From assembly GCF_018977255.1 (NCBI RefSeq), contig NW_024704751.1:13826001-13890000 (forward strand): DNA of 64,000 nucleotides. The letters run 5' to 3'. A program made the translations under genes and the position numbers. The notes below the pieces were generated by a model. It did not search any database and was not told the DNA's origin. It was given only the letters and a program-made list of their open reading frames with translations. The DNA comes from Callorhinchus milii. Lineage: Eukaryota. Of the stretch, positions 12,101 through 23,377 are shown piece after piece (position 1 is the first letter of the stretch; every line of letters begins with the position of its first letter).

Positions 12101-15083
12101 TGTGAGACAGATACTTAAAAAGTAAAAAGTTGCAACGGCTTTGGAGAAAGAGCGGGGGAGCGGGACGAGCTGGGTAGCTCTTTCAAAAAGCCGGCACAGG
12201 CACGATGGCCCGAATGGCCTCCTTCTGTGCTGTAGGATTCTACGGTTCTATTCATTCTGTGAAGCCCGCAAAAACATCCTTCACCAATTTTCATTTTGCG
12301 CACACACAGCGGCTTAGTCGCTATAAACGTCGCTACACGATTCTAAACAAAAGTGCACTAAGGTGTGGTGCAATTCGCAGGACCTATTGGGGGCTCCGGC
12401 TGCCGGAAAATAAAGACCATAAGAATTGCTGGACGAAAGAAGACCGAGGTCCATCCAGTTCACCTTCCACCGTTCCTGGCAGTCGGATGCACATGTCACA
12501 CCCCAAACTATAACTAGACACTGAACACCAAACAACGTCACTCACCTGCTCGGGCTCCACGTGACAGAACATGGAAATCTTTTCTTTCACCGACTTCTCC
12601 ATGGGGGTCGAGCACCGACAGACAATCTGCAGAGGGGATCACAGTGGGATTCCTGAGCACAGTTTCATTAGAGCCTCGACGGGACATGTGCCATTTGCTC
12701 AATGTGCACCAGTTGCTCAAAGCCACAAATCTACACGAGACGAGGGAAGGTGGTTGGGGGGGGGCGGGGGCAGTAATAATAATCCTTGTATTTGATACAA
12801 AGTGAGACGTCTTAAAGCGCTTCACAGAATATACTGTAAAGTGAATTGGGTGACCGGATTTTTCGGGATACGTTTAAGATAACAATCCTTACATTTGATG
12901 TAGGGCCGTTCGCACTGGGAGGATGTCTCGAAGCGTAAATTGGAGTGACTGTATGTTTTGTGGGCACAGAACAACAGTTACATAGCGCCCTTCACACAAG
13001 GTAGGGTCTCGGAACAGCTTAGAACAATACTGCATTGAATAATATCGAAAGTTACTTCCATATCGGCGCCCTGTTTTAAAACAGTGATAATAAATAATAA
13101 TATTAATAATCCTTGCATTTGACATAACGTCTCATCAATAGTAGTTGAGATCCAGAAAATCCCAACCAACCCAATAAGTACACTATGCCGCCTACACACG
13201 CAAATTTCCATCCAGACCAAGGCTTGGCAGGTTTGGTTTGGATATTCTTAAGCGCGGTGATGTGTTTCCGCTCGGGTCAGGACACCCGGCTGACCAAAAA
13301 GAGATCGCGGAACAGCCTTCACTGACCTCATTAGCCCTAGCAATGTGGTACTGAGGTGCAAGCAGTCAGTCCATCCTCTCTCTCTCTGTCCCACCATCAG
13401 CGAAGGGCAAGCTGCTGTGTTAACTTAAGGCAGGAATCTGCATCTCACTCACCAAATCTGGTGACAGTCCCAATCCTCTCAGCTCCCGAACGCTGTTCTG
13501 TGTGGGTTTTGTCTTTTGTTCCCCTGTAGCGTTCGGCTGAAAAGAGACCGGGATTGTAGTGGGTCAGGATGTAATATTAGGTGTCAGAACTGAAATGGGA
13601 GCCTTAATTGTACCAAGGGTCTGAGTGCCGGAGCTGGCGAATAAGTGGTTCTCACCTGAGGCACTAAGCTGACGTGAATGTTGCAGAAGTTCTCCTTTTT
13701 GGCTTTGAACTGGAACTGCCGGAAAGCTTCAATGAAGGGCATGCTTTCAATGTCCCCCACGGTGCCCCCCAGCTAAACACAGAGAGAGAAAGCCCGGTTA
13801 GACCCTCGGTCTGCTCAAAACCCGACAGCGAAGTAAAAAAAGTTGGCTGGAGTGTCTCAAAGTGTTAAGAATCGACTGTAAAGTGGTGTCTTTGCAGATG
13901 AAGGTGGCAGCCAATTTGCGCACAGCAACATCCTCAATTTTAAGGGAGGTGGTGGGGGTGGGTGGGGGCGAGGAATTGTCAGCCAAGACATGAGCAGCCA
14001 AAAGGTCAGGGTTTTAACCCTGGTTTAAGGGGTTTACAGCCAGCAGCAGACATACCTCAATGACACAGACCTCAGGCTCCACACCATCCCCGTCCACCGG
14101 AATCAGTGCTTGTCGCACGACCCACTCCTGAATCGCGTCCGTGATGTGGGGGACGACTTAAAAGAGAGGAACGCAGCAGTTAGTTAGTCATCAAAGTACA
14201 TTTCAATCAGAAAAAAAGCTTTCACAGCAATAATAATCCTTGCGTTTGAGTCGTCTCAAAGTCCTTCAAGCTTTAACTGTAGCGATCGAGACCAACAGAA
14301 GTGGAATGACTGCGCATTTTATTGTCGGGTGCAGCAGCCAATTTGGTCACAGAGTTGAAAGGCCAATTACCTTGTACAGTTTTGCCCAAGTAATCTCCTT
14401 TTCGTTCCTTATTGATGACCGACTGATAGATCTTGCCTGTTGTAATATTGTTATCCTTCGTTAAACGGATGTCCAGGAACCTCTCGTAATTGCCCAGATC
14501 CAGGTCCACTTCTCCGCCATCATCTAACACAAATACCTCTCCTGTACAAAATCAAAGATTAATCTCACAGCATCTACAACACATTCTGCAACACAAAGGC
14601 ACAATTACTATTGTAATAATAAAAGTCTTGCATTCAATATTACACTGTTGTGACGTCTCAAAGGGGCTTCACAGGATATACTGTAAAATTAGCCGACTGT
14701 GTATTTTGTGAGCAAAACGCGGCAGCCAATTGCGCACAGCAGCGTCCCGCAAACGCCATACTGTAAAATATATAATATACAATACAGTTGTCCTGTAAAT
14801 ACTACTCACGGGCAAAGAAAAACAAGTGCCCAGGGTTTACTCTCCCTTGTTCTGGTCTTTTCAGGGTTTAAAAAGTAGCTGGGAGTTCTGTTGAAAGAAA
14901 GGCCTTGCTTTATTTACCGTGTTCGTACGGGGAGAATGTTCCGGCGTCGATGTTGATGTACGGGTCGATTTTGATGGAGGTGACGTGCAGCCCGCAGGAC
15001 TTCAGGATGGTCCCGATGCTGCTGGCAATGATTCCTTTCCCAATCCCGGAGATCACGCCTCCCGTAACCAAAATGTACTTCAT
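6154..15083 (-). CDS. CTPS1: CTP synthase 1, 592 aa; coding exons 14918-15083, 14371-14541, 14056-14156, 13656-13772, 13453-13536, 12546-12626, 11836-11987, 10871-11003, 10456-10544, 9916-10010, 9521-9583, 9295-9338, 8650-8746, 8140-8195, 7293-7389, 6531-6675, 6154-6241
   Basis: Starts [22 protein letters not shown]. Glutaminase triad GVC399LG and YH526PE528 present. C-terminal tail [21 protein letters not shown] is CTPS1-like. Exon sizes 166/171/101/117/84/81/152/133/89/95/63/44/97/56/97/145/88 sum to 1779 nt in frame, all GT-AG. Adjacent to SLFNL1. Confidence 0.97.
6728..7055 (-). mobile_element. tRNA-derived SINE, long variant, in a CTPS1 intron
   Basis: Same head and tail plus an extra internal segment (AGTAAGTAGGA.CCCGGTTGTTA.TCGA.TGGCGGATCGC). 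Confidence 0.85.
7615..7727 (+). mobile_element. hAT-like DNA transposon end (second copy about 29095-29175)
   Basis: Shared ATCAAGAAACATTTAT...AAAAGGTTGGCC(C)ACCACTG terminus of hAT/Charlie type. Confidence 0.5.
8280..8565 (-). mobile_element. L2-clade LINE 3' fragment
   Basis: [13 protein letters not shown]...[16 protein letters not shown]...[10 protein letters not shown]. Confidence 0.8.
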
Positions 15084-15334
15084 CGGTGCTCTGAAGCCTG
15101 CGCGTCAACAGAAAACACGTGAAATCTCAAGTCAATTGACCGCACTAATCAAACACAAAGACCGTTTTAACTGGGTAAAGGTTATAATAGGATTTGTTTC
15201 TTAGATCCTTTCACGTTCAGTGAAAGAAAACGCAACGTAACACACTCCCCTCCTCGGCCCCATCTGCTAATGACAGCACAGCCGAGCCTGGCTCATCGGC
15301 AGGATCTGGAAGGGCAGACCAGTTGACTGAGGGT

Positions 15335-15455
15335 TAGGGACTCTTCACACTCAGCTCCCGTTAACCCTGCAAGCCAAAGCCCTAACGGGTAGGGTGGTCC
15401 TAGCTGGACAAGCAGCGGGGAAGCTGGCCAGACAGTGCTCTCAATGGCAAGCTGT
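15335..15455 (+). repeat. Dispersed repeat, second copy about 29745-29860 (possibly an RTE-type LINE 5' UTR)
   Basis: CACTCAGCTCCCGT.AACCCTGCAAGCCAA.GCCCT.ACGGGTAGG.TGGTCCT..CTGGACAAGCA is shared by both copies. Confidence 0.6.
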
Positions 15456-16574
15456 GCGGTCGCCCCAACGCACACTCTGGGGTCACCCCCCAAGCCTTGG
15501 CTCTGGCCAACCTGCACCTAATACTCTGCGGAATGAGGTAAGCAGGACTTCAACACTGGGCAACTCATGGTGCAACGCGGTGCGTTACGGATCCAGGGAC
15601 ATTCCGGTCCGTGCATTAAAACAAACTGCACTTCCAACAGTGAGAGGAAAAAAGAAAACTTAACACCAAATCCCTGAAATATTTATTTCCCTCTTCGCCG
15701 CGAGAAGTGAAGGTACATTCCACAATCAATGTTCACAGAAGTCAGTAACAATCCTTGCGTTTGGCACGCTGCTTATAAACATCGGAGCGACTCAAAACGC
15801 TTCACAGGGAAGCGATGACGGATGTAGTGACTGTAGTTCCAGTCCAGTTAGCACAGCACACGACACAACACGTCCCACCACAAACCCTCTGCGAAAAAAA
15901 TCCTCAAATTCAGTCTTACAACTGACAGCTTCCAAAGTAAGACTCAAGTTAAGAGATTTCTCTCTCTTCCCGCCCGCAACTCAGCGGGATCTTAAATTTT
16001 TTTTTAAATCACAAAACGGGCTGACAAACTAAGACTAGGTGAGAATTTGTGTTCCCGCAGGTGGACCTCGAAATCAATTGGTCAAAGGCACAAAGGACAA
16101 CAAATTCTTTGTCCACAGGCCCGATAAAACCGCTTTTTACGTCCTCCTTTTCGAAGTATACGTTTTTCGTTCCAAGGCTACGTCTCAAGATGTATTTCGA
16201 TGACCGCCGCAGTCGCGGTCGTCTTCACCCCGCGCCCCGCTCCCCTCGCTCGGATTGCACCCCCTCGCCCCAGCTCGACTGCCCAGCCGCGAGTGCCAAG
16301 CCCCTCGAGACGTCCCTCCCGACGCGAAAGGCTGTGTGCGTCAGCGTAAGATTGTTCTGAACAAGCTATCCGACATCCAGGACGCCACATTCCTTGCCCC
16401 GTGTGAAACCCCTGACACCATCCAGCTCCTCCTACGAGAGGCTTGACGTAGTGGCGACCGGACCCTGGTGAAGACAAACAAAAAAGGCAGAGCCGCTCAT
16501 TAAAAAATTTGCCAATCGTTTCGCGCCCCGAACGTTCAAAATTTTGAAGCAGAAAAACAAATGGTTTGACGCAC

Positions 16575-16610
<36 letters not shown>

Positions 16611-16907
16611 AAAAGACACCGCACGCCTTCCCGGAAACGTACCTTCTCCGAGGATTCCCTTCATTAAATGTCGCAGCTGCGGTCTGGAAGAACGCACGTG
16701 CGCAGAGATCGCCCACATCTGCTCGTTCTCCTTCACAGGCCTCGGTAGAGTGTCAGACACTTCACCTCGGAAGTCATTCCTCGCTACAATATCAGCCAGT
16801 GGTCAGTGGGTATTGGGGGGACAGGGGGAAAGAACGAGACAAGGGGTCTGATTATGGTGGGGCGGCGGTGGGCTGTGGATGGTACTGAGTGTCGGCACTG
16901 GACACTG

Positions 16908-17226
16908 GGAGTCCTGTAGCTCAGTGGTTAGAGCACTCGCTTTGCAAGTGAGAGACCTGAGTTCAATTCCAGGCAGAGGGCGAAACCTTGGGCAAGTTTC
17001 CTTACTCCACACAGAGCCTAATAATAATCCTCCAAAACCCAAAACAATAATAAATTGGTAATTTTTAATCTACGACTGTTTGTGGGACATTGCTGTGCGC
17101 AATTGGCCGCCGCGTTCGCCCACAAATATACAGTCAGTTCACTTTACAGTGTGTTCTGTGAAGCGCTTTGGGACGTCCTCCCGACGTGAAAAGCGCTATA
17201 TCAAATGCGAGGATTATTATTATTAT
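16908..17226 (+). mobile_element. tRNA-Ala-derived SINE, short variant (A/B boxes, Deu-like core, L2-type hairpin tail, (TAT)n)
   Basis: GGAGTCCTGTAGCTCAGTGGTTAGAGCACTCGC-TTTGCAA-GTGAG...GAGTTCAATTCC head; core TGTGGGACATTGCTGTGCGCAATTGGC; tail AAGCGCTTTGGGACGTCCTCCCGACGTGAAAAGCGCT...TTATTAT. Near-identical copies occur elsewhere in the window. Confidence 0.9.
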
Positions 17227-17854
17227 AGAGAGAGGAACTCCCTTCTCTTTTCAAGTAGCGCAGCGGGACCTTCAACGTCCACCTGAACGGCGCCTCTAAC
17301 AGTGCAACCGCCCTCACTCCCAGCACTGCATCGGGAGTGTCAGCTTAAGACCCCCCCCACCCCCCAACCAAAAAAATGTTCTATCTGCGAGTTCGAGACC
17401 CGACCTGGGATGACGACGATGACAACAACAACAACAACGGCACTTACGTTCCGACACAGCGCTTTCCGCATCGGGGAGGACGTCGAGAAGCGTTTCACGG
17501 GGGTTCACCGTAAAGCGCAGTTACCGCTGCACTTTGTGGGTGAGCGCAGAGCGCAGCAACGTCCCGCAGAGCAGCCGCGAAGTTAGGCGGTCATTTTATC
17601 CGGGTGCACGGGTGAGTTGGGGGGTGGTGGTGGTGGTGGTGGTGGTGGTGGTGGTGAGGGTGGGGGTGGGGGGGGGTTTGCGGGGCAAAAAGAAAACACA
17701 CACCGCCCGTTTGGAGCTCTCGGCCAACCTCGGCTCGTGTTTCAGCTCACGAGTGTGATTGAGTTTGACCTGGAAGCGACTCAGAAGAGTTGGAAGGAAG
17801 GAAGTGGAAAAGATGGGTGGGAGGGAGATAGGTAAATACATACAGAGAAAAGAG

Positions 17855-18170
17855 AGAGAGGGGGAGAGGGAGTGCGGGGGGGGGGGGGGGAGGGAGGGAT
17901 GGGGTAAAGAGAGAGGGGGAGAGGGAGTGCGGGGGGGGGGAGGGAAGGGGTAAAGAGAGAGGGGGAGAGGGAGTGCTGGGGGGGGGGAGGGAAGGGGTAA
18001 AGAGAGAGGGGGAGAGGGAGTGCGGGGGGGGGGAGGGAAGGGGTAAAGAGAGAGGGGGAGAGGGAGTGCGGGGGGGGGGGGGGGGAAGGGAAGGGGTAAA
18101 GAGAGAGGGGGAGAGGGAGTGCGGGGGGGGGGGGGGGGGGGGAGGGAAGGGGTAAAGAGAGAGGGGGAGA
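17855..18170 (+). repeat. G-rich tandem repeat, unit approx. GAGAGAGGGGGAGAGGGAGTGC(G)nAGGGAAGGGGTAAA
   Basis: About 7 copies visible directly. Confidence 0.85.
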
Positions 18171-18339
18171 GGAAAGCCATAGTTCAAAGAAGATGCCATT
18201 TGTTTCCCGGATTGGGAGGGGGTGTGTGTGGGTGTGGGTGTGTTTTTAAAAGGAGGCATTTTAACACACAAAATTAGAATTAGTGTGTGTGTGTGTGTGT
18301 CTGTATGTAGTGTGTATATGTGTGGGTGTGTATGTACCC

Positions 18340-18985
18340 GGGGGGAGAGTGACACGGGGGAGAGGGGGGGAGAGAGTGACACGGGGGGAGAGAGAGTGAC
18401 ACGGGGAGAGAGTGACACGGGGGGAGAGGGTGACACGGGGGAGAGGGGGGAGAGAGTGACACGGGGGGAGAGAGTGACACGGGGGGGAGAGGGGGGGAGA
18501 GAGTGACACGGGGGGAGAGAGAGTGACACGGGGGGAGGGGGGAAAAGAGTGACACGGGGGAGAGAGTGACACGGGGGGAGAGGGGGGAGAGAGTGACACG
18601 GGGGGAGAGAGAGTGACACGGGGGGAGAGGGGGAAAAGAGTGACACGGGGGGAGAGAGTGACATGGGGGGGGAGAGTGACACGGGGGGGGGAGAGTGACA
18701 TGGGGGGAGAGAGTGACACGGGGGGAGAGTGACACGGGGGGGAGAGAGTGACACGGGGGGAGAGAGTGACACGGGGGGAGAGGGAGTGACATGGGGGGAG
18801 AGAGTGACATGGGGGGAGAGGGAGTGACATGGGGGGAGAGGGAGTGACATGGGGGGAGAGAGTGACATGGGGGGGGGGAAGAGAGTGACACGGGGGGAGA
18901 GAGTGACATGGGGGGGGGGAGAGAGTGACACGGGGGGAGAGGGAGTGACACGGGGGGAGAGGGAGTGACACGGGGGGAGAGGGGG
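18340..18985 (+). repeat. Minisatellite (G5-8 AGAGAGTGACAC/T)n, unit about 17-20 bp
   Basis: About 30 tandem copies of the GAGTGACA core. Confidence 0.95.
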
Positions 18986-19549
18986 AGAGATTTTGGAGGG
19001 AAAGCGGTTCTCAGAGACAGAAACAAAAAAAAATTGCTGTTTTTTTCTCCAAATCTAAGGGCAGTTTTTATTTGCGATCTATATATATATATAAAAATAT
19101 ATATATATTTCCCCCCTTTTTTCTCTCCCTTTTTCCCCCTTTTTTCTCTCCCTTTCCCACCGGTTCTTTTCGAGAGAGAGAGAGAGAGAAAAAGGACCTT
19201 TTTTTTTGTAAAACAACAACACAACAACGAAAAGAAAAGAGCAACAAAACGCGTCGTTTCTCTTTCCTTTTTGGGGGGAAAAAAAAGGGGCAAAAAAAAA
19301 ATACACCATTTTAAAATACAAAAACATATAAAAAACATTTTAAACGTAAAAAAAATTCAAAATATTAAAAAAAAACACCAAAAAAAATACCATTTTGGAA
19401 TATTAAAAAAAACATTTTTCCAAATATAATATATATATATATAAAAAACACAAAACGCCCCTCAAAAAAACACCATTTTAAAACACACACATCAACGAAT
19501 AAACGAAAGGAATAAATCAGTAAAAAAGAACGAAATCCCCCACAAAAAA

Positions 19550-20120
19550 GGGGGGGAAGTGGGGGAGAGGGGGTGAGGGAGGTGGGGGGAGTGGGGGGGA
19601 GTGGGGTTAGAGGGGGACAGTAGGGGTAGAGGGGGAGTGGGGGGAGAGGAGAGGGGAGTGGTAGTGGGGTGGGAGAGGGGAGTGGGGGATGAGGGGGGAG
19701 AGGGGGAGTGGGGGGAGTGGGGTAGAGGGGAGTGGGAGTAGAGGAGAGGGGAGAGAGGGAGTGGGGGATGAGGGGGGAGAGGGGAGGGGGGGAGTGGGGG
19801 TAGAGGGGGAGTGGGAGTAGAGGAGAGGGGAGAGAGGGGAGTGGGGATGAGGGGGGAGAGGGAGTGGGGGGAGAGGGGTTAGAGGGTGGGAGAGGGGAGT
19901 GGGGGAGAGGGGGAGGGGGGAAGGGTGGGGGGAGAGGGGAGTGGGGGATGAGGGGGGAGAGGGGAGTGGGGGAGAGGGGTTAGAGGTGGGAGAGGGGAGT
20001 GGGGAGAGGGGAGGGGGGGAAAGGGGTGGGGGAGAGAGGGAGTGGGGGTAGAGGGGAGAGAGGGGAGAGGGGGAGAGGGAGTGGGGGGAGTGGGGTAGAG
20101 GGGGAGTGGGGGGTGGGAGG
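19550..20120 (+). repeat. G-rich low-complexity tract
   Basis: GGGGAG/GGGAGT iterations. Confidence 0.9.
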
Positions 20121-20404
20121 GCCACAAAAAAAAGATGCAATTAAAAAAACCCCTATAGATATATATAGACATATATAGTGACAGTCCCTCTCCCCCCAAA
20201 AAAAAGCACCGACATGTGGTGTGTGTTCTCTCTCTCTCTCTCCCCCTCCCCTCTCTCCCCCCCCTCCCCCCTCTCTCTCTCTCCCCCCCCTCCCCCCCCT
20301 CTCCCTCTCTCTCGACTGCTTAAACATGTCTGTAAAAAAGGCTGAGAGAAGGTTAGTAACTGCCCCCCACAGCCCCCCCTCCCCCCCCCCCCTCACTCAC
20401 TCAC

Positions 20405-20563
20405 CAGGGTCCAGGGGGAAGGTGGAGGCCCTCTCTCTCTCTCTCTGTCCTCACTGCAGCCACGTGTGGTGGTGATGATGATGGTGGTGGTGGTGATGAT
20501 GATGGTGGGGGGGGGAGGGGGGCTGTTGGTTGGCACTGCAACATGGCCTGACGTCAGCTGCCT
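20405..20563 (-). promoter_or_regulatory. Candidate CTPS1 first non-coding exon / promoter with E-box CACGTG (20461-20466) and CRE TGACGTCA (20549-20556)
   Basis: Strong donor CTG|GTGAGT at 20404. Both motifs are seen directly. The region abuts an assembly gap. Confidence 0.45.
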
Positions 20564-20792
20564 NNNNNNNNNNNNNNNNNNNNNNNNNNNNNNNNNNNNN
20601 NNNNNNNNNNNNNNNNNNNNNNNNNNNNNNNNNNNNNNNNNNNNNNNNNNNNNNNNNNNNNNNNNNNNNNNNNNNNNNNNNNNNNNNNNNNNNNNNNNNN
20701 NNNNNNNNNNNNNNNNNNNNNNNNNNNNNNNNNNNNNNNNNNNNNNNNNNNNNNNNNNNNNNNNNNNNNNNNNNNNNNNNNNNNNNNNNNNN
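20564..20792. other. Assembly gap (also 47422-47603, 47705-48080 and a single N at 23281)
   Basis: Runs of N flanked by simple repeats. Confidence 1.
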
Positions 20793-21480
20793 TCCCTCGC
20801 TCCCGTTGCCTTCCATTCCCTCCTTTTCCTTCCCTCCCTCTCATTGCCTTCCTTCTCTCCTTCCCTCTCTCCATCTCTCTCGTTTCCTTCCCTCTCGTTC
20901 CCTTCCTTCTCTCCTTCCCTCGCTCTCGTTTCCTTCCATTCCTTCCTTTTCCTTCCCACCCTCTCCCCCCCCTCATTGCCTTCCTTCTCTCCTTCCCTCT
21001 CTCCTATTTCCTTCTCTCTCGTTCCCTTCCTTCTCTCCTTTCCTCGCTCTCGTTTCCTTCCATTCCCTCCTTTTCCTTCCCTCCTCTCCCCCCCCCCCCC
21101 TCATTGCCTTCCTTCTCTCCTTCTCTCCTATTTCCTTCCTCCTCGCTCTCGTTTCCTTCCTTCTCTCCTTCCCTCTCTCCTATTTCCTTCTCTCTCGTTT
21201 CCTTCCTTCTCTCCTTCCCTCTCTCTGTCTCTATTTCCTACTTTCTCTCTCATTTCCTTCTTTCTCTGCTCTCTCTCTCTCTCTCTCTCTCATTTCCTTC
21301 CTTCTCTCTCTCCCCCTCATTTCCTTCCTTCTCCCCTTCCCTCTCTCTCGTATCCCTCGTCTCAACGACGTGAGATCAAATGCGAGGATTATTATTCCTT
21401 CACTCTCCATTTCCTACTGTCCCTCTCTCTCTCTCTCTCTCTCCCTACCCCCCTTTCATTCCTTCCCTCCTTTTCCTTCC
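20793..21480 (+). repeat. CT-rich polypyrimidine tract
   Basis: CCTTCCTTCTCTCC iterations. Confidence 0.9.
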
Positions 21481-21689
21481 CGCCCGAGGGAAGTGCTACA
21501 TAAATGGGAGCAAACCTAGACCCAGGTTGACCGATAGTAATTTTCGATAAGACTTTATTACCGTCCTCCCACCGTGAAAGGCGCAATGTAAACGCAATTT
21601 ATCGTTGTGATTAACAAACATCATATCGAGATGAACTGGGATTATATTATGTCAAACTCTCATCAAATAATTGGCACCTGCTGGAGTCC

Positions 21690-21935
21690 TCGGGCAAGTT
21701 TCCTTACTCCGCACAGAGCCCTAATAATAATAGTCCCTCCGAAACCCAAAACAATAATAAATTGGTCATTTTCAATCCACAACTGGTTGTGGGACATTGC
21801 TGTGCGCCATCGGCCGCCGCGTTCGCCCACAAATATACAGTCGATTCACTTTACAGTGTGTTCTGTGAAGCGCTTTGGGACGTCCTCCCGACGTGAAAAG
21901 CGCTGTATCAAATGCGAGGATTATTATTATTATTA
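21690..21935 (+). mobile_element. Same short SINE, head internally deleted
   Basis: GGGCAAGTTTCCTTACTCC...core...(TAT)n tail matching the 16908 copy. Confidence 0.85.
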
Positions 21936-23377
21936 TATCCTATCGGTTTGCAAGCTTTATATCAGTGTATTGCTGTATCAAATGCGAGGATTAATTAACT
22001 CCGAGCTAAGAAAATATCCTGTCAGTTTTATCTGGTTCATCACATGTATTCCATGTTTAATTGGTTGTTACCATTAAAATAGAATCTGCAATGGGGGGGG
22101 CAATGCTCCTCAGTTGAGCTCAAGTTATTATATTAGTTATTAACAATAGTAATAATATATTTTACTGCAATAACATAATAATGTGTTATTACCTTATTCT
22201 ATTGCAGCTTAAATCACAATTGCAATTAGTGTTGTGATTTGTACTATAACGTAATAATTATTGCTCACCTATTCCTCGCCCTCCTCACCGATCAGCAGTG
22301 CTCGGAGGCAAAGACAAAGGGTTTTAAATCGCCTCAACGACCCGATAAGGAGCTATATCAAATGCAAGGATTGTTATTATTATTGTAAATGCGTTTCAGA
22401 AAAGAAATTTTCGGTGGTTCTTGAAGTACCACCGATTAATAATAATCCTCGCATTTGATATAGCACTTCTATCGCATGGTTGAGACGTCGCAAAGCGCTT
22501 CACAGGATTGCTCAGGAGATGGCAGCAAACTAAAAGCAGACGAAAGTCCCGTTGAGGAACAAAACAATGGGGAGAGAGATTGGGGAAAGGCAATTAAAAA
22601 GAAAACAAAGACAATTCTGCAGATCTAAAGGCCAATCTGATGAAGAAATCGCTCCTTGAGGAAAAACATTTTGGGTCTTCTTTAAACCGGCTTTTGGGAA
22701 ATTGCCTCTATATTATAATAATAATTTGTGGTCACTCAATCCACGACTGTTTGTAGGACAATGCCATGTGCAACTGACTGCCGTGTTTCTCCCGTGAAAG
22801 TCAATCCACCGTACAGTGTGTTCTGTGAAGCGCTTTGAGATGTGCTAAGGCACTATATCAAATGCAAGATGATTATTGTTATTATTATTAAAACAGTGCA
22901 AAGCCCCGCTCTGATATTCTCCGAATCCTCCTTTACAGGGCCCTGCGATTTCCCACTCCGACATCGAAGCTTATTAAAATACAAATCCCGGCAGCGCTGA
23001 AGTTGAGTAATAGTTTATTGGCAAAAAAAATCGTACGTCAACATTACCTCTATACAAAGATATGAAAACGAACTACTCAACACTCCACTAAGTCCCAATT
23101 ATATCAGACTACCATTAATCAATAAGGAAACGTCACGATTTCACACACACATCATCCACTTTTTACAAATCCTTATGCTTTTTTTGTATTTCAGAAGGGA
23201 GCGGTCAAGAGCCCAATTTGTTGCTACGGTGTATGTTGGGGCCAGTTCAAAGTTACTTCATTAGCTCTGCACAAAAAAAANCACGCACTGTATCAGCCTG
23301 TCCCAGGCTCCTCTACAGTAATGGAGGAGTCGCCGCAGATTGCACTGCACAAGATTTTCTTCTCGTCCTCTGGAGAT

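Noticed and set aside
16908-16981. tRNA-Ala-like cloverleaf (also near 2450, 32900, 38430, 42039, 48910, 54058)
   Set aside because: The acceptor stem does not pair and each copy continues into SINE body sequence: SINE heads, not tRNA genes.
18340-18985. CRISPR-like periodic array
   Set aside because: No unique spacers, vertebrate context and no cas genes: a minisatellite.
18990-19550. Homopolymer-rich AT block
   Set aside because: Looks like low-quality read tail between G-rich repeats; probably an assembly artefact.
16459-20412. 12-nt inverted match GGACCCTGGTGA / TCACCAGGGTCC
   Set aside because: Too short; both overlap splice-like motifs and the match is likely chance.
17596-21519. Long Pro/Ser/Leu- or Gly/Glu/Arg-rich ORFs
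   Set aside because: Translations of minisatellites, low-complexity DNA and N gaps.
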